Below are positions 29,437 through 37,657 of a stretch of DNA of 64,000 bases, piece after piece. The DNA comes from an uncultured virus (IMG/VR IMGVR_UViG_2711768086_000002) (Duplodnaviria; Heunggongvirae; Uroviricota; Caudoviricetes): IMG/VR virus record IMGVR_UViG_2711768086_000002; one strand, written 5' to 3'. Position 1 is the stretch's first letter; each line of letters opens with the position of its first letter. The notes below the pieces were generated by a model. It worked only from the letters and a program-made list of their open reading frames with translations. It ran no database searches and was not told where the DNA came from. A program made the position numbers and the translations under genes.

Positions 29437-30054
29437 TTAGAGCTGAGTCGCGGCGGGGAGTCGGCCAAGAATTGGCAGGGCTGTGAATGCCTCGGCGTAG
29501 GTCGTGCCGATCCGAGCACCCCAGAGCCGGCCGAGATGTTCGGCCATGGGGCCGAAGTGGGTTTCAATGGGCTGTGAGGCGTGCTGCCGCAGTGCCTGCA
29601 TCTTGGTGCTGAACGTGGCCGTGGTGTCCACGATCGTGTCCGCCCGTACCGGGCCGTCGAGCGTGAGTGAGTTGTAGGTGTCGCAGGTGTACAGCCGCTG
29701 AGGGTGTCCGGTGCTGATTACGGCGTCGGGCAGTGCGGCAAGTACGGCCTCGCTGATCCGCCGGTGGTCCGGATGGACGTCGCTGATGGGGTGAGTGACC
29801 ACGACGTTGGGGCAGAGGTCGATGAGGAGCCGGTGAATCTCTGCGGGATCGAGCAGCTGGGCCTGGTGGAGGAGCGCGCCGAGCGCCTTCGTGCCGGCCG
29901 CAGCCTCGGAGTCCCGCTCGGCACTGTGGGACGGTACGGCGACGGTCACCGGTGCGTGGGCTGCGTGATGGGCGAGTGTGCCGCCCGCCCACAGTTCGGC
30001 GTCGTCGGGATGCGCGAAGATGGCCAGGACGGAGCCTGGGAAGGTGGCAGTCAC
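29437..30054 (-). CDS. PIG-L/LmbE family N-deacetylase
   Basis: AHPDD, HPDH, HASQ and AEAF motifs; GTGA overlap. Confidence 0.9.
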   Translation of the reverse strand: MTATFPGSVLAIFAHPDDAELWAGGTLAHHAAHAPVTVAVPSHSAERDSEAAAGTKALGALLHQAQLLDPAEIHRLLIDLCPNVVVTHPISDVHPDHRRISEAVLAALPDAVISTGHPQRLYTCDTYNSLTLDGPVRADTIVDTTATFSTKMQALRQHASQPIETHFGPMAEHLGRLWGARIGTTYAEAFTALPILGRLPAATQL

Positions 30055-30923
30055 CACAGCCCCAGCTTCTCGACGACTTCGGCGGCCTTGGGCAGCTTCG
30101 GCGTGGGGTGGCCGGTCGGGGTGAGTGGCACGTCGAGGTCGCGGTTCATCCGGATCATGGACTGCCAGCGCAGGACGTTGGGCCAGGCTGCCTCCACGGC
30201 CTTGCCCTTGGCTCCGGTGAGTCGGCCGGAGGCGAGCAGACCGTCGAGCTGGAGGCCGTCGGCGAGGAGCGTGGCGGCGGCCTTGGGGCCGATGCCCTTG
30301 ACGCCGGGGATGTTGTCGGCGGGGTCGCCGGTCAGGGCCCGGTAGTCCGGCCACTGCTGGGGCGTGACGTGGTACCGCTCCTGGACTTCCTGCGGGGTGA
30401 TCAGGCGGCGGGTGGCCTTCCGAGACCGGTTGATGATCTGGATTTGATCGGAGAGCAGCTGGTAGTAGTCGGCGTCGCGGGACATGATCCGTACCGGCCG
30501 GGTGGCAGCTGCCCGGGTGGCGAGGGTTCCGATCACGTCGTCAGCCTCGGCGTCGTCGATCTCGACCCATCGGATGCCGATCAGGTCGAGTCCGTCCTTG
30601 ACCGGCTGGAGGAACTGCAGGGGCTTGAGAGCTTCGGGGGTGCTCTCCCGGTTGGCCTTGTAGGCGGCGTCCTCGGTGCTGCGCTCGGCGCTGCCCTGCT
30701 GGCCGTCGAAGACAGCGATGACCTCGGGTGCGGCCACGTCAACGTCATCGCGCAGGGTCGCACCGAGCAGCGCGAAGAAGGCAAAGAGGCCGGTCAGCTC
30801 GCGGGTCTTGTCGCGGGAGAAGATGGCAGCGGGAAAGCCAAAGGTGCCCGCCCACAGCACATTGAAGGCGTCAACGAGAAGCAGTGGAGCGGGGGTTGCA
30901 GGCTGGGTGCGTTCGGGCATCAC
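30051..30923 (-). CDS. 5'-3' exonuclease (Pol I N-terminal / FEN-like)
   Basis: LLVD, FDG, YKANR, EADDVI, SRDAD, LTGDPADNIPGVKGIGPK. Confidence 0.92.
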   Translation of the reverse strand: MMPERTQPATPAPLLLVDAFNVLWAGTFGFPAAIFSRDKTRELTGLFAFFALLGATLRDDVDVAAPEVIAVFDGQQGSAERSTEDAAYKANRESTPEALKPLQFLQPVKDGLDLIGIRWVEIDDAEADDVIGTLATRAAATRPVRIMSRDADYYQLLSDQIQIINRSRKATRRLITPQEVQERYHVTPQQWPDYRALTGDPADNIPGVKGIGPKAAATLLADGLQLDGLLASGRLTGAKGKAVEAAWPNVLRWQSMIRMNRDLDVPLTPTGHPTPKLPKAAEVVEKLGLW

Positions 30924-32059
30924 GAGACCGCCTCTAGGAAGAGTTCAGCGATCCGGTGGGGGGCGAAGTCGCCTGCGCGCCGGTACACGGCCTGTGTAGT
31001 CGCGCCGTACAGTATGGCATCGTCCAGCAGCGCGGTTGCGGTCTTCAGGAGGCCCTGGGGCCCGGTGTCGTGGTCGGTGAGCAGGTGTTCGCCGTGGCCG
31101 GTGGGCTCGATGAGGTCGGGCAGGTTGCCGACGCGGTAGGCGATGACAGGTGTGCCGACGCTCATGGCTTCCAGCGCGACGAGGCCGAAGGTCTCCTTGT
31201 GGCTGGGCACGATGACCGCGGCGGCGCCGGCGAGCCAGTCGGGCACGTCGGACCAGGGCAGTGCACCGCGGAGGCTGACGTTGGGGCACTGGTCGGCGAG
31301 GTGTCGGCAGCGATCCAGCAGGTGGCCCTGAGAGCCGTCCTGGTCCTCGAACCCGGCGGAGGCGAGGGCGATCTCCACGGTGCGGTCGAAGGTGGGGAGG
31401 GCTTCGAGGAGATCGGCAACGCCCTTCTCGGGGCCGAGGCGGGCCAGCACGCGGATAGGGGCGTTTCGTCGCAGTGCCTCGCGACGGGCTGCATGTGGTG
31501 CGGGACGGGCGGTCGGGTCGCTCATCAGGGCGTTGGGGACAACCTGGCCGAGCACAACCCAGTCGAATGCCTGCTGCTGAACGCTGCGGGAGGGGAAGAG
31601 GATGCGCGTCGCGCGGGCGACGGCGGGCCCGGCGTCGACGATGTGTGGGGGGACGTGGACGGCGAGGGCTCGGCGGACGTGGGCGGGGAACTCACCGCGC
31701 AGGCGGCCGAGGCCCCACAGGGCGTCGGTGAACAGGACGGTGTCGATGCGGTGGCGCAGGGCCATGGCGTTGATCTGTGCCGCGAGTGATCCGTCCTGAC
31801 GGGTGACAGCCTTGCGCAGGGCCTGGTCGTCGCACGGGAAGGTGATGCCCGAGATGGTCAGGTGGTCGACGGTGACCCCGGGCAGGAGTTGAGAGTCGGA
31901 GTCGGGTTGGGGGGCGGCAGTGGCGATGACGGGGCGGTGGCCGGCCTGGGCGAGGCCCAGGGCGAGCGCGGCAGTGGCTCGTTCGATGCCGGCGGGGGCG
32001 TCAGGTGTCCAGGAGGCCAGGACGAGCAGCACTCCCCGGGATGTGGCGGTCGTGGTCAC
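30920..32059 (-). CDS. Glycosyltransferase family 4 (GT-B)
   Basis: RLGPEKG and PSHKETFGLVALEAMSVGTPVI. Confidence 0.9.
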   Translation of the reverse strand: MTTTATSRGVLLVLASWTPDAPAGIERATAALALGLAQAGHRPVIATAAPQPDSDSQLLPGVTVDHLTISGITFPCDDQALRKAVTRQDGSLAAQINAMALRHRIDTVLFTDALWGLGRLRGEFPAHVRRALAVHVPPHIVDAGPAVARATRILFPSRSVQQQAFDWVVLGQVVPNALMSDPTARPAPHAARREALRRNAPIRVLARLGPEKGVADLLEALPTFDRTVEIALASAGFEDQDGSQGHLLDRCRHLADQCPNVSLRGALPWSDVPDWLAGAAAVIVPSHKETFGLVALEAMSVGTPVIAYRVGNLPDLIEPTGHGEHLLTDHDTGPQGLLKTATALLDDAILYGATTQAVYRRAGDFAPHRIAELFLEAVS

Positions 32060-32622
32060 GGGGTCGCCACCTTCTTCGGCACTGGCAGCTGCCGGGTGTC
32101 GCCGGCGTGGGTGGTCTCCCAGGGGAAGACGACCCAGTTGTCCACGTCCCAGATCCATCCGTCGGGGCCCTCGGTGCAGCCCGCGTTGCGGCACAGGGCC
32201 AGCGTCTTCGGGACGGCCGAGCTGCCGAACCTTTGGCTCAGAGCATGGGCGACGGCGGTGAAGGTGGCACCGGAACCGGCGATGTCGTCGACCAGGAGCA
32301 CGGTTCCGTCGAACCGGTCCGGCAAGGTGTCGGGCAGGATCACGCTGACGTTGCCGGTGGCCTGCTGCCAGAGGGCGTCTGTTCGGTTGTGCCGGGCGGA
32401 GACGTTGTACAGCGGGACGTTCAGGCAGTCGGCGATGACGGTGGCCGGCCTGGTGCCGCCGTTGGCGATGCCGACGACGGCGGTCACCGGCGGATCGAAG
32501 CCAGCAGCGGACTCGGCGAGGAGGCGGGCGGCGTCGTGGCACTGGTAGTGGGTGGGGGCGTAGGGCTCGCTTCGGGTGAAGAGCCGCCGCCCGCCAGTGG
32601 GCTGCCGGGTGGTGTCGGTCAC
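32056..32622 (-). CDS. Type I phosphoribosyltransferase
   Basis: VVGIANGG, VLLVDDIAGSGATF, WVVFPWE. Confidence 0.9.
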   Translation of the reverse strand: MTDTTRQPTGGRRLFTRSEPYAPTHYQCHDAARLLAESAAGFDPPVTAVVGIANGGTRPATVIADCLNVPLYNVSARHNRTDALWQQATGNVSVILPDTLPDRFDGTVLLVDDIAGSGATFTAVAHALSQRFGSSAVPKTLALCRNAGCTEGPDGWIWDVDNWVVFPWETTHAGDTRQLPVPKKVATP

Positions 32623-33566
32623 GCTGCACTCCCGGCGGTGGGCAGCTGCAGGTCCTCGGGGCCAGTGACGGGCAGGAAGGCGCTGATGCTGGTCGCACCG
32701 CCCGTGTTGCGCCAGGCGTAGCCGTCCGCACGCAGGACCGTGAAGCCGTCGGCGCTGCCGCGGGTACGCAACCGCACCCGCACTCCGTCGGGGACAGTGA
32801 GGGCATCGAAGGTGGCACGGGCCTCGTCGTCGGTGAGCATCTGCTGTTCGGCGATGGCCTTGCCTTCGCCGATGGGCAGCATCTGCAGGAAGGTGACGCC
32901 GCCGACGCCGAGCTTTGCGGCCTGCTCCAGCAGTTCCTGGGATTCGTGGTGGGTGGAGCGCATCAGCACCATCTGGAACTGGACTCGGATGCCTTCGTCA
33001 ACGGCAGCCCGGGTACCGGAGATCGCGCGGCGATAGCTGCCTTCTCCGCGCCAGGCGTCGTGGGTGGCCTCGGTGGCGCCGTCCAGGGAGACACGGATGG
33101 CGTCGAGCGCACCGGCCAGCTCGGAGGCACGACGGGCGAGGTGCCAGCCGTTGGTCGTGCAGCTGACCACCGCACGCCCACCGGTGCGGATCGCGCGGGC
33201 AAAGTCGGGCAGGTCGCGCAGCAGCAGCGGCTCGCCGCCAGAGATATCCACGCCCAGGACACCGGAGGCAGCGATGTGCCCCGCCAACGTGCGGCGCTCC
33301 TCCGCGGTGGACTCGCGCACACCCTTGTCGTCCAGGCAGTGCGGGCAGGCGAGGTTGCAGCGCACGATCGGCGAGAAGCACATGCTCAGCGGCGCTTTCG
33401 GGTTGAGCTGGCCGGGCTGGGCCTCCGGCCAGGCGGCGACCTCCTGCTCGTCGAGGCCGACGCAGCCAAGCGGTACGGGCCGCAAGGGCAGGTGGTTGGA
33501 GCCGACTGCCGGGTCGTGGACGACAGTCGTGCCGTCGATCTCGGCGGCGGCGAAGGTGCGGATCAT
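32619..33566 (-). CDS. Radical SAM enzyme
   Basis: CNLACPHC, SGGEPLL, TTNG, VSLDG. Confidence 0.9.
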   Translation of the reverse strand: MIRTFAAAEIDGTTVVHDPAVGSNHLPLRPVPLGCVGLDEQEVAAWPEAQPGQLNPKAPLSMCFSPIVRCNLACPHCLDDKGVRESTAEERRTLAGHIAASGVLGVDISGGEPLLLRDLPDFARAIRTGGRAVVSCTTNGWHLARRASELAGALDAIRVSLDGATEATHDAWRGEGSYRRAISGTRAAVDEGIRVQFQMVLMRSTHHESQELLEQAAKLGVGGVTFLQMLPIGEGKAIAEQQMLTDDEARATFDALTVPDGVRVRLRTRGSADGFTVLRADGYAWRNTGGATSISAFLPVTGPEDLQLPTAGSAA

Positions 33567-34597
33567 GCGGTGATCACCTCGGCGTCGGTCAGGAGCTTGT
33601 CGGTGGCAGTGGCAAAGTCGTGGCCGCGCCCGGTGGGGGCGGGCCGGGCGAGCAGGGCCCGGTAGTGGGCGAGCGTGGCGGGCCAGGCGGTGAGCTTGCT
33701 ATGCCACTGGGCGGCGGCATCCGGCGGGTCGAGGTGGTAGCCGACGGCCTGGCGCAGCGGGATGACCAGGCAGCCGGCGGCGATCAGCGCGGCGCCGAGG
33801 TGGGTGTCCTCCATGCCCCAGCCGATCCGGCCGAACTCCTCGGCGAAGCCGCCGATGTCCACCAGCCGCTCGCGGGGTACGCCGAGCAGCGCCGTGACGG
33901 CCATCCGGGGTAGGTCCCAGTCGTAGTAGAACCGCCCGTATCCGAGGTTCTGGAAGTCGTCGGTGGCGTCCAGGGGACGGCCGTCCAGTGGGTCGGTGAG
34001 CGTGATGCCGGAGTACGGCAGCGTGGTGTTGGTCGGTGGCGTCCAGGTGACGCGGTGGTCGGCGGCCAGTTGCGGCGCTCCTTCGGGCATCACTGGACTG
34101 CCAGATCCGCCCGGGTGGGGAAGGTTGTGTCGGAAGCCGGTCAGGACGGTCTCCGGCTGGGCGCGGGTAGCGAAGTCCGCGAGCACGTGCTTGGGCAGCA
34201 CCATGTCCGCGTCCATGAACAGCAGGTTCTCGCTCTGTGCGAGACGGGCGCCGACGTTGCGGGCCGCGCCGGAGCCGGAGCGGGACACCAGCCGAACGGC
34301 AGTGGTGACTGCGGGGTGCCGGCGGGCGATCTCGAAGGTGGTGTCGGTCGAGGCGTCGTCCACGACGATCACCTCCACCGGCCCGGCCGTGTGCTGCGCC
34401 GCAAGCGCGTCCAGCACCGTCGGTAGGGCGTAGGCGACGTTGCGGGCCGGAAGCACAACTGCCAGCGGGCGACCGACGGCGGCGTGCGCCGGGGTGGGCT
34501 GGTGCCAGCCGAGGCCGGTCCGGCCGTAGAACGCGCCGGTTAGGTGGCTGTGGTCGTTGGGGCGGGCTTTGAGCGTGTCGGCGAGCGTGCCGGTCAC
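33563..34597 (-). CDS. Glycosyltransferase family 2 (GT-A)
   Basis: VVDDASTD, ARNVG, FMDAD, GGF.E.F..WG.ED. Confidence 0.9.
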   Translation of the reverse strand: MTGTLADTLKARPNDHSHLTGAFYGRTGLGWHQPTPAHAAVGRPLAVVLPARNVAYALPTVLDALAAQHTAGPVEVIVVDDASTDTTFEIARRHPAVTTAVRLVSRSGSGAARNVGARLAQSENLLFMDADMVLPKHVLADFATRAQPETVLTGFRHNLPHPGGSGSPVMPEGAPQLAADHRVTWTPPTNTTLPYSGITLTDPLDGRPLDATDDFQNLGYGRFYYDWDLPRMAVTALLGVPRERLVDIGGFAEEFGRIGWGMEDTHLGAALIAAGCLVIPLRQAVGYHLDPPDAAAQWHSKLTAWPATLAHYRALLARPAPTGRGHDFATATDKLLTDAEVITA

Positions 34598-35037
34598 GGC
34601 CACCTCCATTCGTCAAGGACGGCTGTGGCCTCGGCCCAGCCGTGGGGGTCGTGGACCCAGTGCAGGGCGGGCCTGGCCGGGTGGGCGAGCAGGTCGGTGA
34701 GGAGGACGAGGTAGGTGGGTTCCAGGACGAGTAGGACCCGGTTCGGGGCGCCTGTGGTCTGGAACTCCCGCTCCAGCTGCTCGGTGACGCGCGGTCGTAG
34801 CTGTTCTGCGCGGGGGATCGTGAGCTGGCGGTCGTAGGGCGGGATCGGGGTGTCGGCGTGCACGAGGCCGTGTTCGGCCGACAGGAAGCGGATGCGGTCC
34901 CGTGCGTGCCGGTGGCCAGCGAACCGTGCATGGAGGTGCGGGGCGATGCCGCCGGTGTACCGCTCCAGGGCGGGCAGCGGCCTGGACTCAGGGGCCTTGC
35001 GCCGGGAGCAGCCCGCTATCAGCAGGTCGGTGATCAT
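34594..35037 (-). CDS. DUF6884/YaaA-like protein
   Basis: GCSRRK...PALERYTG...FLSAEHGL......PYD pattern, recognised from memory. Confidence 0.65.
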   Translation of the reverse strand: MITDLLIAGCSRRKAPESRPLPALERYTGGIAPHLHARFAGHRHARDRIRFLSAEHGLVHADTPIPPYDRQLTIPRAEQLRPRVTEQLEREFQTTGAPNRVLLVLEPTYLVLLTDLLAHPARPALHWVHDPHGWAEATAVLDEWRWP

Positions 35038-35594
35038 GCCGTCCTCACCACCCGCATGCCGATGCCGGGCGATCCCAGCTCGGCTGGAGCCGCGTTGAGG
35101 AACGTGCACCGCGCGTACAGCGGCAGGGAGTTGTAGGAGCCGCCACGGATGACGAAGCCGCCGCCGATGGTCGGGCTGGAGGTCCACTCCCAGCACGTGC
35201 CGCCCATGTCGAACAGCCCAGTCGGTGTCGCCCCATCCGGGTAGGTGCCCACCGCGGTGAGGCCACCGGGGCCGCCTCGTAGGTTGGCCCGGCCGGCGCC
35301 CGGTTCCTCATCCCCCCACGGGTAGAGCCTGCGCTCGGGCCCGGAGGCCGCCCACTCCCACTCCACTGAGCGGGGCAGGCGCCCGCCGAGGTCGGCGGCC
35401 AAGCGCGCCGCCTGAGCGTGAACGAGCCCGGTCTGCGGGAGCGGGGCGTCGCCGTGGCCGACCTGGGCCAGGGTGATCAGCGTCGCCGTCCATACGAGGT
35501 CGGGCACCTTCACCGGGCGCTGCCGGTCACCGAACAGGCACGTTCCGCCCGGCACGGGTACCCACACCACGGGCTGCGTCGTGCTGCTTTCCAT
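35034..35594 (-). CDS. FGE-sulfatase (SUMF1 / C-type lectin fold) domain protein
   Basis: RLP...EWE.AA.G...R.YPWG, GL.DM.G..WEW, RGGS, G.R. Confidence 0.9.
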   Translation of the reverse strand: MESSTTQPVVWVPVPGGTCLFGDRQRPVKVPDLVWTATLITLAQVGHGDAPLPQTGLVHAQAARLAADLGGRLPRSVEWEWAASGPERRLYPWGDEEPGAGRANLRGGPGGLTAVGTYPDGATPTGLFDMGGTCWEWTSSPTIGGGFVIRGGSYNSLPLYARCTFLNAAPAELGSPGIGMRVVRTA

Positions 35595-35608
35595 GATGCG
35601 TCCTCCCA

Positions 35609-36391
35609 TCATCCGGCGATCAGGAACAGGTCTTCGGCGTTGACGCCGGAACGGACCTGGCTCTTGCCCGGGTGGGGTTCGAGGCCGCACCGGGACAAGG
35701 ACCGCGTGACCGCGTCCATGGCCTCGCGGGCCTGCTCCGCGTCCTGGCAGAACAAGCAGTAGTTGTCGGCGAACCGAGCGACCCGTCGCCCGGCCAGGGC
35801 CGCGTCCACGCGGGAGAGCCGGAGATTGATCAGTAGCGGTGCCAGCGCGGTGCCCGGCACGATCGGGTACGGCAGCGGTTCCAGGACCCGCCGGAAGTGG
35901 CCAAGGAAGGTGCCGTCGGCGACGTGCTCGGCCAGCCAGTCGGTGACCTCGGCCGCGCTGGACCCGGCTGAGGTCTGGCGCACGTCCACGTCCGCCACCC
36001 ACCGGTAGCCGGCTTGCAGGTGCCGGTCGGCGTCCCGCAGGGCCGTGATCCGGTTGCGGCCGGCCCGGTAGCCGGACACCCAGTCCGCGAATGCCCTCTG
36101 CTCCAAGATCGGTTCGATGGCGTTGCGCATCGCCCGCTGCACCACCCGGTCGGCGACGGTGGGGATCACCGCCGTGAACTCCTTGCCGGTGTAGGCAGTG
36201 ATCGACACCTCCCGCACTGGGCTGGGTTGCCAGGTGCCGGCGCGCAGCTGCTCAGCCAGTTCGGCGAGGCGGCCGGGCATGTCGGTGCGGAACCGTGCCC
36301 AGCTCATCCCGTCCGCTCCTGGTGCCCCGCCCCGGCGCATGCACGCGTGAGCCGCCCGCTTGAGGTGCTTGGGCTCGACGAGGAACGACAT
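35609..36391 (-). CDS. Group II intron-like reverse transcriptase, degenerate and lacking thumb/X domain
   Basis: APGADG (RT0), IPTVADRVVQRA (RT2), SGYRAGR (2a), WVADVD (3), VPGTALAPLL.N (4), RFADN (5), GL..HPGKS (6); the frame is also open from GTG 36559. Confidence 0.85.
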   Translation of the reverse strand: MSFLVEPKHLKRAAHACMRRGGAPGADGMSWARFRTDMPGRLAELAEQLRAGTWQPSPVREVSITAYTGKEFTAVIPTVADRVVQRAMRNAIEPILEQRAFADWVSGYRAGRNRITALRDADRHLQAGYRWVADVDVRQTSAGSSAAEVTDWLAEHVADGTFLGHFRRVLEPLPYPIVPGTALAPLLINLRLSRVDAALAGRRVARFADNYCLFCQDAEQAREAMDAVTRSLSRCGLEPHPGKSQVRSGVNAEDLFLIAG

Positions 36392-36432
36392 CAGCGAATT
36401 TGCCCGCAGCGAGGCGGAGTTGGATAAGCTGG

Positions 36433-36543
36433 GCACAGCCCGAGTGGCAGGCAGGTTCCTGCTCCCCCCTCTACACGCTTGGCCGCTAACCCACACGCGC
36501 GGCCTCGGGGAGCCGGAAGGACCACCCCACTCGGGCGTTGTGC
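36433..36543 (-). ncRNA. Candidate structured RNA upstream of the RT
   Basis: Nested inverted repeats: GCCCGAGTGG/CCACTCGGGC plus GCACA/TGTGC, TTCC-GCTCCCC/GGGGAGC-GGAA, GGCCGC/GCGGCC. Confidence 0.55.
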
Positions 36544-36548
36544 TGTCC

Positions 36549-37268
36549 TCACCGGCCACGTTCGTCCTCCCAGAGCAGCACGTGCAGGCGGGTGCTGAGA
36601 TTCCAGCCGCGCTCCAGTACCGCGTCGGCGAGCTTCCGCATTCCGCCGATCACCGCGTCGCTGTTCGTCCCCTCCGGCATCACCCATGTGTCGGTGAGGG
36701 CGAACTCGGCTACCAGCCGTCCGACTTCGTCCAACTCGGCGACGTCGCTCACGACGAACTTGAAGCGGGCCTTTCCACAACCGGCCAAAGCCCGGAGAGC
36801 CTTCGGGCTGGTCCTGCGGTCGCTCGGCGCAGCGAAGCTGGCGAGTTTAGGCGAGACGTTGAACGCCTCCACCAGCTCGACCACCTCGGGCAGCGGCGCG
36901 ATCGTGCCGTTGGTCTCGATCTCGATCCCGTATCCGGGCAGCAGACGCAGCAGCGGCAGCAGGGCACGCTGTTGCATCAGCGGCTCGCCGCCGGTGACGA
37001 CCAGGTGCTTCCCCGGCTGGCTCGTCAGCCAGTCGGCGAGCTGCTCGGCGGTGTAGTGCTGAGCAACGTTCGCGGGGTCGAATCGGGCGCGGTCCCAGGT
37101 GTCAGGGGTGTCGCACCGCGGGCAGTGCAGGTTGCATCCCCACAGGCGCAGGAAGTACGTGAGCTGGCCGGTGCTGGCGCCTTCGCCCTGAAAGGTGGGG
37201 CCGAATCGCTCCCTCACGAGTAGCGGCCGCTCCACAGCCGGCGGAAGCAGCACGGTGGGGGCGGTCAC
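36549..37268 (-). CDS. queE: 7-carboxy-7-deazaguanine synthase
   Basis: TFQGEG...G...FLRL.GCNLHCPRCDT, TGGEP, ETNGT, VSPK, RLH. Confidence 0.95.
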   Translation of the reverse strand: MTAPTVLLPPAVERPLLVRERFGPTFQGEGASTGQLTYFLRLWGCNLHCPRCDTPDTWDRARFDPANVAQHYTAEQLADWLTSQPGKHLVVTGGEPLMQQRALLPLLRLLPGYGIEIETNGTIAPLPEVVELVEAFNVSPKLASFAAPSDRRTSPKALRALAGCGKARFKFVVSDVAELDEVGRLVAEFALTDTWVMPEGTNSDAVIGGMRKLADAVLERGWNLSTRLHVLLWEDERGR

Positions 37269-37657
37269 CGTGCCACCTCGAACTCGGCCATGGACGTCGG
37301 CGTCTCCGAGACACGGACCGCGGACAGCTGGCCGGGGATGGCCGACTCGACGTTGTCGATGAACCAGCCGGCCAGGTACTCAGCCAGGTTCTCCGACGTC
37401 GGCACGATCGGCAGGACCTCGTTGAGCACGCGGTGGTCGAGCGTTGTGTCGATGTACGCCTTCACCGGGCCGAGGTCTCCGAAGTCCGTAACGAACCCGG
37501 GCCCATCCAGCTCCTGCGCGGTGAGAATGAACTCGACCTCGTAGGAGTGACCGTGCATGCGCGCGCACTGGTGACCGGGGGCCAGGCCGGTGAGGAAGTG
37601 GGATGCCTCGAACCGGAATCGCTTTCCGATCCGGTGACGGCCGCGCACCGTGGTCAT
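37265..37657 (-). CDS. queD: 6-carboxytetrahydropterin synthase
   Basis: FEASH...C.RMHGHSY...DFG...LDHR.LN...PTSENLA...VSET. Confidence 0.95.
   Translation of the reverse strand: MTTVRGRHRIGKRFRFEASHFLTGLAPGHQCARMHGHSYEVEFILTAQELDGPGFVTDFGDLGPVKAYIDTTLDHRVLNEVLPIVPTSENLAEYLAGWFIDNVESAIPGQLSAVRVSETPTSMAEFEVAR

Noticed and set aside
35609..36543. Classical retron
   Set aside because: The RT lacks NAxxH and VTG motifs and has a group II-type RT0; the upstream inverted repeat alone is insufficient
35034..36549. Canonical active DGR
   Set aside because: No near-identical TR/VR pair with adenine-specific mismatches, no avd-like gene, and the RT lacks YxDD
35609..36549. Group II intron
   Set aside because: No room for ribozyme domains (157 nt upstream, 14 nt downstream), no domain V seen, no X/En domains
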